DNA of 47,146 bases. Origin: Bacteroidaceae bacterium. Lineage in GTDB: Bacteria > Bacteroidota > Bacteroidia > Bacteroidales > Bacteroidaceae. Below, one piece after another: positions 23,860 through 32,261 of the stretch. Location of the stretch: NCBI GenBank assembly GCA_023227685.1, contig JALNVG010000001.1, forward strand, positions 1 to 47,146, written 5' to 3'. The notes below the pieces were generated by a model. It did not search any database and was not told the origin of the DNA. It saw nothing but the letters and a program-made list of their open reading frames with translations. A program made the position numbers and the translations under genes. Positions within the stretch are counted from its first letter, which is position 1, and every line of letters starts with the position of its first letter.

Positions 23860-24429
23860 TTAAAATGTATAAGCAAGAGACAACTGCCAACCCTCAGTCT
23901 TATAAGACTGTTGCTTTCCGCTTTCATTAATATATTTGGCTGTATTACTCATCGGGAGATTGTAATTTGCACCAATTTGCCAATGTTTCAATAATTTCAA
24001 ACCTGCACCCAAATTTAAAGATACTTGGGATTTCTTCGAATCCGTAGTTTTGGAATCATCATCAAAAGCAAAAAAGAAATCAGGACCGGCAGCCAGATAA
24101 ATTCCCGCCATGCTACCCAAACCGATTGTATACTTTAAATTTACAGGAACATCGAAACCTTTCTGCTCCACATCATATCCTTCTACCGTAACACCCCGTT
24201 GCGAATACAAGAATGAACCATCTACTCCAATTCCAATAATGGGAACTGTAAACTCCAACATGGGTCCGAAAAAGTAGCCGGTATAGTTACTCGTTTTCAA
24301 ATCTTTTGCAGTAAATTTAGCCTTAGCTAAATAAGTCCCACCCCTAACACCAAATTTTAATTGAGCTTGAGCCGGTACAATTATCCCGATACACAAGATA
24401 AAGGATAAAATAAAATAGATTTTTTTCAT
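23860..24429 (-). CDS. Small outer-membrane beta-barrel (porin-family) protein
   Basis: 189 aa with a signal peptide, alternating beta-strand pattern and a C-terminal aromatic residue (LSLAYTF). Confidence 0.8.
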   Translation of the reverse strand: MKKIYFILSFILCIGIIVPAQAQLKFGVRGGTYLAKAKFTAKDLKTSNYTGYFFGPMLEFTVPIIGIGVDGSFLYSQRGVTVEGYDVEQKGFDVPVNLKYTIGLGSMAGIYLAAGPDFFFAFDDDSKTTDSKKSQVSLNLGAGLKLLKHWQIGANYNLPMSNTAKYINESGKQQSYKTEGWQLSLAYTF

Positions 24430-24458
24430 AAGTCAGTAGTTTTTATTATATTTCTTTG

Positions 24459-24466
24459 CAAAGATA
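24459..24466 (-). promoter_or_regulatory. Candidate -7 box (TATCTTTG) for the outer membrane protein gene
   Basis: TAnnTTTG match 30 nt upstream of the ATG. Confidence 0.4.
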
Positions 24467-24559
24467 AATAATCAAACAACAAGGCACAACGATTCTCCAT
24501 TAAATTCAATTTCAAAGAAAAAATGGCTATTTGTTTGTCAAATGAATCAAAAAACTTAT

Positions 24560-24567
24560 TACCTTTG
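24560..24567 (+). promoter_or_regulatory. Candidate -7 box (TACCTTTG) for tRNA-Ser
   Basis: TAnnTTTG match ending 12 nt before the tRNA 5' end. Confidence 0.5.
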
Positions 24568-24579
24568 TGGCACAAATAA

Positions 24580-24667
24580 GGAAAGATGCCAGAGCGATCG
24601 AATGGGCCGGACTCGAAATCCGGTGAACGGCTTGTCCGTTCCCAGGGTTTGAATCCCTGTCTTTCCG
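24580..24667 (+). tRNA. tRNA-Ser (anticodon CGA), long variable arm
   Basis: 88 nt: acceptor GGAAAGA/TCTTTCC, anticodon loop CTCGAAA, T-loop TTTGAAT. Confidence 0.9.
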
Positions 24668-24669
24668 CT

Positions 24670-24701
24670 AAGAATTGAGTTCTTTTGCTCAATTCTTTTT
24701 T
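24670..24701 (+). terminator. Terminator hairpin shared by tRNA-Ser (+) and the 3' end of rmuC (-)
   Basis: Perfect 10-bp stem AAGAATTGAG / CTCAATTCTT followed by TTTTTAT. It abuts the rmuC stop codon. Confidence 0.65.
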
Positions 24702-26094
24702 ATTCTTTCTCCGAATCCGATAACAAATGATCAGGGATTCCCTTTTTGGGCGAAAGTCCCAGTTCTCGCATATCTTCCAACCGTTTCACAATATTGCCGC
24801 GTCCGGTAGCAAGCTGACTATAAGACTGATCGTAAACCTCTTTAGTTTTACCCAAACATATACCAACCTTGAGAAAATTATCACCGAAAGCCACGAATTT
24901 ATTATAAAGGGCATTCCCTTTGTCTATAATCTCTTCAACGTTTCGATTTTGCCTATCCGATTGCCAAATATTATAAACAATCTGTAATGTCATAATCAAA
25001 ATTGTAGGACACACCACAATAACATGTTTCTGATAAGCAATACTATTTAACTCGGGATCCGTTTGCACTGCAGCAATATAAGAAGCCTCGTTAGGCATAA
25101 ACATCAGTACATAATCATCTGAACTTTTTACTACCGTTGGATAATCTTTGGCAGACAACTCTTCGAGATGTTTGCGCACCGAAGTCAGATGTTCCAAAAG
25201 ATACTTCTGTCTTTTTTCATCATCTTCTTCATTAATATAATTGGTATAAGCCGTGATAGACACTTTAGAATCAATGATTATGCTACGCTTATCAGGGAAA
25301 CGCACAATCACATCCGGACGGACGTGTCTTCCTTCTTCCGTCAAGCAATCCTCTTGAATAAAATATTCCTCTCCTCTTCTTAAACCTGATTTTTCAAGAA
25401 TGCTCTCGAGTACCATCTCTCCCCAATCACCCTGCGTCTTAGTACTCCCACGCAAAGCTTTCGTCAATTTTTCAGCTTCCTGACCTATGTGCTGCGTCTG
25501 ACCGATTAAGTTTTTTATGGATTCTTCAAAAGAGGATCTATTGGCCGCACCCTTCTCATTTGTTTCTTTCACGGCCCGATCCAGACTTTCCAGACGATCT
25601 TTTAGCGGTTTGAGTATTAAATCCAGATGTTCATCATTGACAGAAGTAAGCTTGGTTGATTTCGCATCAAGCACCTGCTGTGCAAGCGTCTGAAATTCAG
25701 CTTTCAACGCAGACATGCGTTCGGAAGCCTGGCTTTGCACCTCACTTTTATACTTGTCGAAGTTGTCATTCTGCCGAGTTCGTAAATCCTCCAACTGCTT
25801 TTGATATTGCAGTTCCAATTTGTTAATATTTTCGTTCTTCTCTTTATTTAATTCCTGCAAACTTGTTTTAAGACGATCCACCTCGGTGCACAGCGATTTC
25901 TTTTCTACTTCACTAACTTTCTTTATAGATTCCAATTCTCCAACCATCCGATTCTTTTCGTTCTCTCTTTCTGCCTGCTCGCTTTCTTTAAGTACCAAAA
26001 GCTTCTGATACTTGGACTTACCGATAAGGTATCCAAGGGCTATTCCAAGAAGAAGACAAAGTAAAAAAGCAACAACACTCATTCCATTCAACAT
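24700..26094 (-). CDS. rmuC: DNA recombination protein RmuC
   Basis: 464 aa with an N-terminal TM, a long coiled coil and a C-terminal RmuC nuclease-like domain. Confidence 0.9.
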   Translation of the reverse strand: MLNGMSVVAFLLCLLLGIALGYLIGKSKYQKLLVLKESEQAERENEKNRMVGELESIKKVSEVEKKSLCTEVDRLKTSLQELNKEKNENINKLELQYQKQLEDLRTRQNDNFDKYKSEVQSQASERMSALKAEFQTLAQQVLDAKSTKLTSVNDEHLDLILKPLKDRLESLDRAVKETNEKGAANRSSFEESIKNLIGQTQHIGQEAEKLTKALRGSTKTQGDWGEMVLESILEKSGLRRGEEYFIQEDCLTEEGRHVRPDVIVRFPDKRSIIIDSKVSITAYTNYINEEDDEKRQKYLLEHLTSVRKHLEELSAKDYPTVVKSSDDYVLMFMPNEASYIAAVQTDPELNSIAYQKHVIVVCPTILIMTLQIVYNIWQSDRQNRNVEEIIDKGNALYNKFVAFGDNFLKVGICLGKTKEVYDQSYSQLATGRGNIVKRLEDMRELGLSPKKGIPDHLLSDSEKE

Positions 26095-26120
26095 TATAAT
26101 ATTATTAAAAAAATCAACTG

Positions 26121-26579
26121 CTATTTATGGTTTGTCAGATTTTTCACATCTTCAAGATTAATATCTCCAACCATCTGTATTATTGTATATTCATCAATTT
26201 CATCGCTCAGCATGATAAGTTCTTTCACTTTATTATTTCTTGTCTTTATCAAAAAAACGACCCTGTCGTCGCCATCTTTTACTTTCATCAGTTCTTCATA
26301 GTCATTACTCTTAGAAATAGATGAGGTGACACTTTTTAGTTTACGAATGGCAGCCTTGTCTTCCGAAGAAATGATAACGATATAGTCCAACTCCCGAGCC
26401 ACCTTTTGGATATTAAGTCCTTCAACGTTCGGCGCGAAATTGAGCAAAGATTTAGAAAGATAAACTGTAGTTACATTATTCATGTTAGAGAACTGATCGT
26501 AGAGCTTGCTCTGTGCGTGTAATCGACCGATTCCACAATATAGCAAAAGAATGTATAAAATATATATTTTTGTTTTCAT
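26121..26579 (-). CDS. DUF4252-family secreted protein (paralog 2)
   Basis: 152 aa with a signal peptide. Shares blocks with the 27576..28067 ORF (LYDQFS, DYEELMKVKDGDD, ELIML...QMVGDINLEDV). Confidence 0.75.
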   Translation of the reverse strand: MKTKIYILYILLLYCGIGRLHAQSKLYDQFSNMNNVTTVYLSKSLLNFAPNVEGLNIQKVARELDYIVIISSEDKAAIRKLKSVTSSISKSNDYEELMKVKDGDDRVVFLIKTRNNKVKELIMLSDEIDEYTIIQMVGDINLEDVKNLTNHK

Positions 26580-26595
26580 TTTTTTGAGTAATATA

Positions 26596-27102
26596 TTAAT
26601 AGATATGTTTATTGATAATTCGATTTGTTTTGTCGAGCTTCTTTTGAGCTTTAGTCAATTGATTCATTCCGAAATTCAAATTTGAAGAGACGAGCAATAG
26701 AGCCTTCCTGGCCTCAGCCTGCGCCACAATAGAATTCTTCAAAGTGTGTTGTGACATTTCATTTTGTTGTTTGTAAAAGAATCCTATTGAAGAAATTATA
26801 ATCAGTAGGCCGGCAGCAATGCTTCCGAAGCAAAGATAAAACGTTTTTCTTTTTTTTGCCAGTCGCATCTTTTCCTTTTTATTCTCAGCATCAATCAAAT
26901 CAGAAATCTTGTTCTCTAATCCGGACGGTACTTCAATTTTGTTTCTTTGTCTCATTTGTAGAAACAAATCCTTATCCATCCGCAATTCGGGCGGAATGGC
27001 ATCCGATTGAAAAAAATGCAACAGCTTATCCTCTTGCTCTTCGGTAGTTGTACCTTCATAAAAGCTCTTTAAAAACTTTTTCGTTTCATCTATTCTATTC
27101 AT
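26596..27102 (-). CDS. Single-pass membrane protein, putative anti-sigma factor
   Basis: 168 aa with one TM (FYLCFGSIAAGLLIIISSIGFFY). Its start overlaps the sigma gene stop by 8 nt. No zinc-binding HxxxCxxC motif. Confidence 0.55.
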   Translation of the reverse strand: MNRIDETKKFLKSFYEGTTTEEQEDKLLHFFQSDAIPPELRMDKDLFLQMRQRNKIEVPSGLENKISDLIDAENKKEKMRLAKKRKTFYLCFGSIAAGLLIIISSIGFFYKQQNEMSQHTLKNSIVAQAEARKALLLVSSNLNFGMNQLTKAQKKLDKTNRIINKHIY

Positions 27103-27613
27103 GATTAATCAACTTAAACTGTTCTCTAATTTTTTTCCTCGCCTTGGAGAGAAGGACACGGATATTAATGGCATTCATTCCTGTGAATTTCTCTATTTCA
27201 TCGAACGAACAATCTTTAATGTCTCTCAATATTATCACCTTTCTTTGTTTTTCGGGCAACTTTCTGATTAGTTGTTTCACAAGTTCAACTTCATCTTTCG
27301 TTTCCAAAGAATCATCCGTAATTTCAACATTACATTCTGCCAGCTCATCGCCTTTCCGCAAAATAGAAACTTTGCCCGAACGGAGTTGGTCAAAACAAAG
27401 ATTCTTAATTATACTGATACAGAAAGCTTCCGGATTATCAACGGCGTACAACCCATCACGCTTATTCCATAGTTTTAAGTAAGCTTCCTGAATTATATCT
27501 TCAGCATCCGCTTCATTTCCCATAATTCGGAAAGCTACTTGATAAAGCCTAACGTGATAAGGTAGATACAGCTCTTTAAATTCGCCTGCGGTCATTTTTT
27601 TTGCCGTATTCAT
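27095..27613 (-). CDS. ECF-type RNA polymerase sigma-70 factor
   Basis: 172 aa with region 2 (DAEDIIQEAYLKLW) and region 4 HTH (CSFDEIEKFTGMNAINIRVLLSKARKKI). Confidence 0.92.
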   Translation of the reverse strand: MNTAKKMTAGEFKELYLPYHVRLYQVAFRIMGNEADAEDIIQEAYLKLWNKRDGLYAVDNPEAFCISIIKNLCFDQLRSGKVSILRKGDELAECNVEITDDSLETKDEVELVKQLIRKLPEKQRKVIILRDIKDCSFDEIEKFTGMNAINIRVLLSKARKKIREQFKLINHE

Positions 27614-28067
27614 TGAAAAGTCCGTTGATGTCTTCTTGTTTTATGTTTCCTTTTAACTGTATGAAGGTAGGTTCATCACCACTAATAAGTAACAATAGTT
27701 CATGAATGGTACCCTTCTTTGCCTTAACCATAATCATAACATCGTCCCCTTCATCTTTTATCCGGGTCAAGAGTTCATAATCTTTATCTTTTATTTTATT
27801 AACCCGCTCACAAAACTCTTTTTTTATCTTTTCAGAACAATTTTCCAAATCAAGCACACGAACAGAATCTATCTTCTTGGCTACTTTTTCATCTTTACTA
27901 TTACCGATAAATGGTCTTATAAAAGTCATAAAGAAAGGATTGACGTGAACAGACTCACTTTCTTTGTAACTGGAAAAATCATCATAGAGTTGGCTAACTG
28001 TATTTTGTGCATTCATTTGTAGTACACAAATACAAAATACGGCAAATGCAATAACTGATTTCTTCAT
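27576..28067 (-). CDS. DUF4252-family secreted protein (paralog 1)
   Basis: 163 aa with a signal peptide. Paralogous to the 26121..26579 ORF. Its 3' end overlaps the sigma gene by 38 nt. Confidence 0.75.
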   Translation of the reverse strand: MKKSVIAFAVFCICVLQMNAQNTVSQLYDDFSSYKESESVHVNPFFMTFIRPFIGNSKDEKVAKKIDSVRVLDLENCSEKIKKEFCERVNKIKDKDYELLTRIKDEGDDVMIMVKAKKGTIHELLLLISGDEPTFIQLKGNIKQEDINGLFNEYGKKNDRRRI

Positions 28068-28127
28068 TTTCTTTTTTTTATTTCATGATTACATCTCGTT
28101 TATTTAGAAACATGCTTCTGTAATCAA

Positions 28128-28160
28128 GACGTAGGCATTTTGCTTGTTGTTGCAAAAATA
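28128..28160 (-). promoter_or_regulatory. Candidate promoter region of the ECF cassette: housekeeping-type -7 box and/or ECF-type GCAAC-N17-CGTC
   Basis: On the minus strand: TATTTTTG (28153..28160), overlapping GCAAC (28149..28153), then 17 nt, then CGTC (28128..28131). This lies about 60-90 nt upstream of the ATG at 28067. Confidence 0.3.
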
Positions 28161-28341
28161 AAAAGAAAAATCGAACACCTTAGTAAATTCATCGTATATT
28201 CTTTTAATAATTAAAATACCTAAATCAAAAGGGTTCTTTATCAAATTAGTTGAAGGTTTGTTTCATGCGATACACTGAAAAAACACGAAGATATGGCTAT
28301 CCTCCGGACTTTCTCTCGCAACCTACAACTTACTAAATCAA

Positions 28342-28423
28342 GATTACAACAAGAGTTATCCGGATAAGAAGAAATATTATCCGGATATCTTTACTTGTTA
28401 TTAGAATAACTCTTGTTGTAATC
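28342..28423. repeat. 82-bp element: perfect 18-bp inverted repeat enclosing two TATCCGGATA palindromes
   Basis: GATTACAACAAGAGTTAT (28342..28359) is the exact reverse complement of 28406..28423. TTATCCGGATA occurs twice inside, starting at 28456 and 28477. Confidence 0.85.
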
Positions 28424-28474
28424 GGCACGTAGAAGCCGTAAAATTTTATATGAAATAAAGATCTTTCTTACAGC

Positions 28475-30385
28475 CTATTTCTTAAATAACAATGCACCGT
28501 GATGAAATAAATAACTTGCTGTCTGATAGTAAGTAATACAATCAAACAAATTGTTTTTATCTACAGTAGACGCTTCCTGATTCAATCCGGTAACCTTAAA
28601 TGATTCCGTATTCATCGTAGGCTCCTGCACGATCAATTTATTATCATGAAGAAAACCGATTTTCTGATACGTACTCAAAAATACCCGATCGGGATCTTCA
28701 AGCAATACATCCTTACCATAAAATTTAGACGTGTAACTCATATTCAATAATCCCATAATTGTAGGTGAAACATCGACCTGAGAACACAATGAATTATTTT
28801 CGCCCGGCCTCACAATATCCGGAGCATAGATAATCAAAGGAATATGATACTTGGCTACCGGTAATGAAGTTTTTCCGGCACTCGAAGCACAATGATCAGC
28901 CACGATAAGGAATATCGTATTTTTAAACCATGGATGAGTAACTGCATCATGCAAAAATTTAACTATCGCATAATCTGTATACTTTACAGCCCCTTTACGG
29001 CCGGAATGGGAAGGGATATCTATACGACCGCTCGGATACTCGTAAGGACGATGATTGGAAGTAGTCATAATAAAGTCATGAAACAACTTGCCTTTTGCAT
29101 AAGACTGATCTGCCACCTTAATTGTTTTGGCAAACAAATCCTCATCGCAAACGCCCCATATGGTTTTAAAGGTAATCTCGCTTTTACTAAAATTATTCTC
29201 ATCTATAATATTATAGCCATTATGACTGAAAAAGTAATTCATATTATCGAAGTAGCCATATCCGGCATAAATAAAATTACACTCATAACCCTTCTTGCGC
29301 AAAATATTACCCAATGTAGACATATCCTCATTATGCGGTCGCTTAACAATAGAAGACCCCGGCGTTGGCGGCAAAGATAAAGTAAGTGCCTCCATCCCGC
29401 GCACAGTACGAGTGCCGGTCGCAAAAAAATTAGTGAATAATAACGATCGGGGCAATAGTTTATCCATATGAGGGGTAATATGGTCCGTATTACCAAAGCG
29501 GGTAAAGAAATCAGCACTTAGGCTCTCTACCGTAATCAAAATCACATTATAACGTTTGGGCCGTCCCGGATATTCAACTTTTCTTGTAATATCAAACACA
29601 TTATTACTTGTGAAATGACTATTCGGTGTAATAAGAAGCTGACGCAGATGAGAAAAGGCTTTCCGATCATCTATCGAACGATAAAATGTTTTATAATTCA
29701 ACTCATTATTTCTAAAAGCAGCAAATATTTGATATATGCCGTTATGTGCCAACTCGTTACAATAAGTGTTGGCCTTGATCTGAACGGTTCTTGAATTAAC
29801 GGTAAAAAAGGCCAAAGCGGGAATACACCATAAGCCAAGAGTCACAACCAACCTTTTTTTAAACTTGGTATTCTCTATCTGCGTTCTATTGAATGGCTTG
29901 TATATAATGGCAAAAATAGCAGCCGACATCAGCAACATACCCATTATAATCATAGGTATCGGATATGACTCCTCGATATTGCCGATCACTTCATGGGTAT
30001 ACACAAGATAATCAACAGCTATGAAATTATAGCGTACGCTAAACTCTTTCCAAAAAAAATATTCGCCGGTACAAGAAAAAATCAAAATACCGATACTTAA
30101 AATAAAGAAAGGATATGCTATCCATCTGTGATACACCGAACGGTACACTTTATTTGGAATAACAAGCAAGTATAATGTGAACGGGATAATAAAGTAAGAT
30201 AAGGCTATCAAATCATAAAACAAACCGATAGCATAAATCTCTACCAATCTAAACAGCGTAAGCTCTTCACTACTAAGATCTATAAACAATAGGACGGTAC
30301 GGGTTATAAACGCTAATATAAGAAAAAGAATACCAAAAAGCACTACTCCGCCATATCTGCTACGCATAATTTTTTGAGCGTTCAT
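28475..30385 (-). CDS. LTA synthase / sulfatase-family membrane protein (phosphoglycerol- or phosphoethanolamine-transferase-like)
   Basis: 636 aa with an N-terminal multi-TM region and an extracytoplasmic alkaline-phosphatase-superfamily domain (ITVESLSADF). Confidence 0.8.
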   Translation of the reverse strand: MNAQKIMRSRYGGVVLFGILFLILAFITRTVLLFIDLSSEELTLFRLVEIYAIGLFYDLIALSYFIIPFTLYLLVIPNKVYRSVYHRWIAYPFFILSIGILIFSCTGEYFFWKEFSVRYNFIAVDYLVYTHEVIGNIEESYPIPMIIMGMLLMSAAIFAIIYKPFNRTQIENTKFKKRLVVTLGLWCIPALAFFTVNSRTVQIKANTYCNELAHNGIYQIFAAFRNNELNYKTFYRSIDDRKAFSHLRQLLITPNSHFTSNNVFDITRKVEYPGRPKRYNVILITVESLSADFFTRFGNTDHITPHMDKLLPRSLLFTNFFATGTRTVRGMEALTLSLPPTPGSSIVKRPHNEDMSTLGNILRKKGYECNFIYAGYGYFDNMNYFFSHNGYNIIDENNFSKSEITFKTIWGVCDEDLFAKTIKVADQSYAKGKLFHDFIMTTSNHRPYEYPSGRIDIPSHSGRKGAVKYTDYAIVKFLHDAVTHPWFKNTIFLIVADHCASSAGKTSLPVAKYHIPLIIYAPDIVRPGENNSLCSQVDVSPTIMGLLNMSYTSKFYGKDVLLEDPDRVFLSTYQKIGFLHDNKLIVQEPTMNTESFKVTGLNQEASTVDKNNLFDCITYYQTASYLFHHGALLFKK

Positions 30386-30456
30386 TTTCTTGGGGTGTTA
30401 ATTTATACATTAAAAAATATCAGGCTACATGAATCTCAATTGAACAATATTGATTG

Positions 30457-30464
30457 CAAAAATA
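30457..30464 (-). promoter_or_regulatory. Candidate -7 box (TATTTTTG) for the LTA-synthase-family gene
   Basis: TAnnTTTG match about 70 nt upstream of the ATG. Confidence 0.35.
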
Positions 30465-30522
30465 GTATTAATTTTATTATCCGAACATAGTATTATTTAA
30501 AAATAAGAATATTAACCTATGT

Positions 30523-30574
30523 TGATAAAAAGTTTGTCCGGCAATTCATTTTTTCAGAATCACCGGACAAACTT
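30523..30574 (-). terminator. Terminator hairpin after the DUF2795 gene
   Basis: Perfect 12-bp stem AAGTTTGTCCGG (30530..30541) / CCGGACAAACTT (30563..30574) with a 21-nt loop. On the minus strand it is followed by TTTTATCAAC. Confidence 0.5.
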
Positions 30575-30596
30575 CATCTTCTTAAAATGTGCATCT

Positions 30597-30818
30597 CTAA
30601 TATTCGTCTTCGTTAAAAAAGAAATCTTCTTTACTAGGATAATCAGGCCAAATATCCTCTATCGTTTCATACACTTCACCTTCGTCTTCTATCTCTTGCA
30701 AATTCTCAATTACCTCAAGCGGAGCACCTGAACGAACAGCATAATCTATTAATTCGTCCTTAGTTGCAGGCCAAGGCGCATCTTCCAAGTAAGAAGCTAA
30801 TTCCAATGTCCAATACAT
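30597..30818 (-). CDS. DUF2795 domain protein
   Basis: 73 aa. The block PATKDELIDYAVRSGAPLEVIENLQ is typical of DUF2795. Confidence 0.75.
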   Translation of the reverse strand: MYWTLELASYLEDAPWPATKDELIDYAVRSGAPLEVIENLQEIEDEGEVYETIEDIWPDYPSKEDFFFNEDEY

Positions 30819-30898
30819 AATTTAAAGTATTAAAATATTACTCTTCTTCCAATTTTTTCGCAAAAATAGAACAATTTTCTGATCCTGCAACTGTTTTT

Positions 30899-31447
30899 CT
30901 ATGAATTTTCTTCAAAATGCTTAAAAAAATTAATTTTCCTGGATAAGACGAAAAGATAATCGGATAATCTGTTGACATATGATAATAAAGTAGAAGATAC
31001 TTCCTCATTCTCCGATAACCTAATAATCCGTCTTTCGGCACGCCGACAAACGGTACGACAAATATGAGCAACAGCCGCCCCACGACTTCCGCCAGGTACA
31101 AGAAAAGCTAACAGTCGGGGCAAAAAATCATCTAACCTATCAATCTCATGTTCTAATAAATTCACATCATCACCGGATATTTTTTCCTTCAAATCATTTT
31201 TTTTACTCTTTGTCGTAGCCAACTCTGCACAGAGAACAAACAATTTTCGTTGAATGGATACTACAAAATCATGATCGGCTGTGTCATCCAGATATGTAAC
31301 AAGCAGACCTAAATGTGCATCAAGCTCATCAACAGTTCCGTAGGCCTCCAAACGAACATCGGCCTTAGAGACTCCCTTTTCTCCTATTATAGAAGTAAAT
31401 CCATGATCGCCGGTTTTAGTATACACTTTCTTCCTCTTTTCTATCAT
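30899..31447 (-). CDS. ATP:cob(I)alamin adenosyltransferase, PduO type
   Basis: 182 aa with an N-terminal [11 protein letters not shown] motif and [14 protein letters not shown], both typical of PduO-type ATR. Confidence 0.88.
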   Translation of the reverse strand: MIEKRKKVYTKTGDHGFTSIIGEKGVSKADVRLEAYGTVDELDAHLGLLVTYLDDTADHDFVVSIQRKLFVLCAELATTKSKKNDLKEKISGDDVNLLEHEIDRLDDFLPRLLAFLVPGGSRGAAVAHICRTVCRRAERRIIRLSENEEVSSTLLSYVNRLSDYLFVLSRKINFFKHFEENS

Positions 31448-31478
31448 AATCCGTCATTTATTAGTAATCTATATAAAA

Positions 31479-32108
31479 TCAGAAATTTACTATATAATGT
31501 TGTTTAATCTTCGAATGATCAAAGAAAAGTATTCCCACATCATAAAGATCAAACGAAACACCTGTACGATCGTCACTTTGCAACTTTTTCCATAATAATC
31601 TCATTGAACGAAAAGAATGAATTCCTTCTACAACAAATAAACTTCGGGATGTCGTTAGCGGAACACAGGTCTGAAAAACAGCTTCAATAAATGCAGGTTC
31701 TTTACTGTTATGCAAATAAAGGAAGTCTACGGATGAACTACTCTTCAAAAAAAGTTGCGAGAACTCAGATACATAAGAATAATCAATATCCGACTTTGCA
31801 GCCTGAAGATAAAGTGAGGATGCCGACTTTATACCAGCATCTATAACTACAGAAGGTTGTACTCTATTTACCAATCGAAACAATAAGCGATTTACCCTTT
31901 GCGGTTCATGATTCCAATCTTTACTTTTATACTGAAACTGATTTTTGCATTCTCGTTCCAACTCTTTATAATCATAAGAAGGAGACTTTGCATAAACTAC
32001 ATTTGTAATAAAGTCAAACGCCGAAGGCGAATGAACACCATTACCTAAACTATGCCGAAATCTGAAAATCAAAACAAGAGGACGCTTTATATAATAAAAA
32101 ATATTCAT
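31479..32108 (-). CDS. Hypothetical protein, possibly a methyltransferase-like fold without a canonical SAM motif
   Basis: 209-aa ORF with coding-like composition. I recognise no clear catalytic motif. Confidence 0.5.
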   Translation of the reverse strand: MNIFYYIKRPLVLIFRFRHSLGNGVHSPSAFDFITNVVYAKSPSYDYKELERECKNQFQYKSKDWNHEPQRVNRLLFRLVNRVQPSVVIDAGIKSASSLYLQAAKSDIDYSYVSEFSQLFLKSSSSVDFLYLHNSKEPAFIEAVFQTCVPLTTSRSLFVVEGIHSFRSMRLLWKKLQSDDRTGVSFDLYDVGILFFDHSKIKQHYIVNF

Positions 32109-32137
32109 TCTTCTAAATATAAATTTCTTTGCATTGG

Positions 32138-32145
32138 CAAAGATA
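32138..32145 (-). promoter_or_regulatory. Candidate -7 box (TATCTTTG) for the 31479..32108 operon
   Basis: TAnnTTTG match 30 nt upstream of the ATG. Confidence 0.4.
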
Positions 32146-32210
32146 ATTTTTTTCGTTTACTTCCATATATTTACTCTGATAATTTATTGGGGGAATACAA
32201 ATATTATTTC

Positions 32211-32218
32211 TATTTTTG
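32211..32218 (+). promoter_or_regulatory. Candidate -7 box (TATTTTTG) for the DUF1460 gene
   Basis: TAnnTTTG match 44 nt upstream of the ATG at 32262. Confidence 0.4.
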
Positions 32219-32261
32219 CTTTTAATACAACAAGATTATCTTCCCCCTCTAAAAATTGGCG

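Noticed and set aside
24426-24692. An 88-aa ORF on the minus strand.
   Set aside because: It overlaps tRNA-Ser(CGA) and its promoter and terminator, so it is spurious.
28128-28153. An ECF-type promoter (GCAAC-N17-CGTC) as a firm call for autoregulation of the sigma cassette.
   Set aside because: The -35-like element overlaps a housekeeping-type TATTTTTG box, and the short motifs could arise by chance. It is kept only as a low-confidence feature.
30838-31101. An 87-aa ORF overlapping the 3' half of the PduO-type adenosyltransferase gene in another frame.
   Set aside because: It is fully nested in a well-supported CDS, with no independent support.
30819-31560. A cobalamin riboswitch or other structured leader near the PduO-type adenosyltransferase, and riboswitch-like leaders upstream of the POT and MFS transporters.
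   Set aside because: The flanking intergenic regions are short or AT-rich. They show no conserved B12-box-like or GC-rich helical elements that I could recognise.
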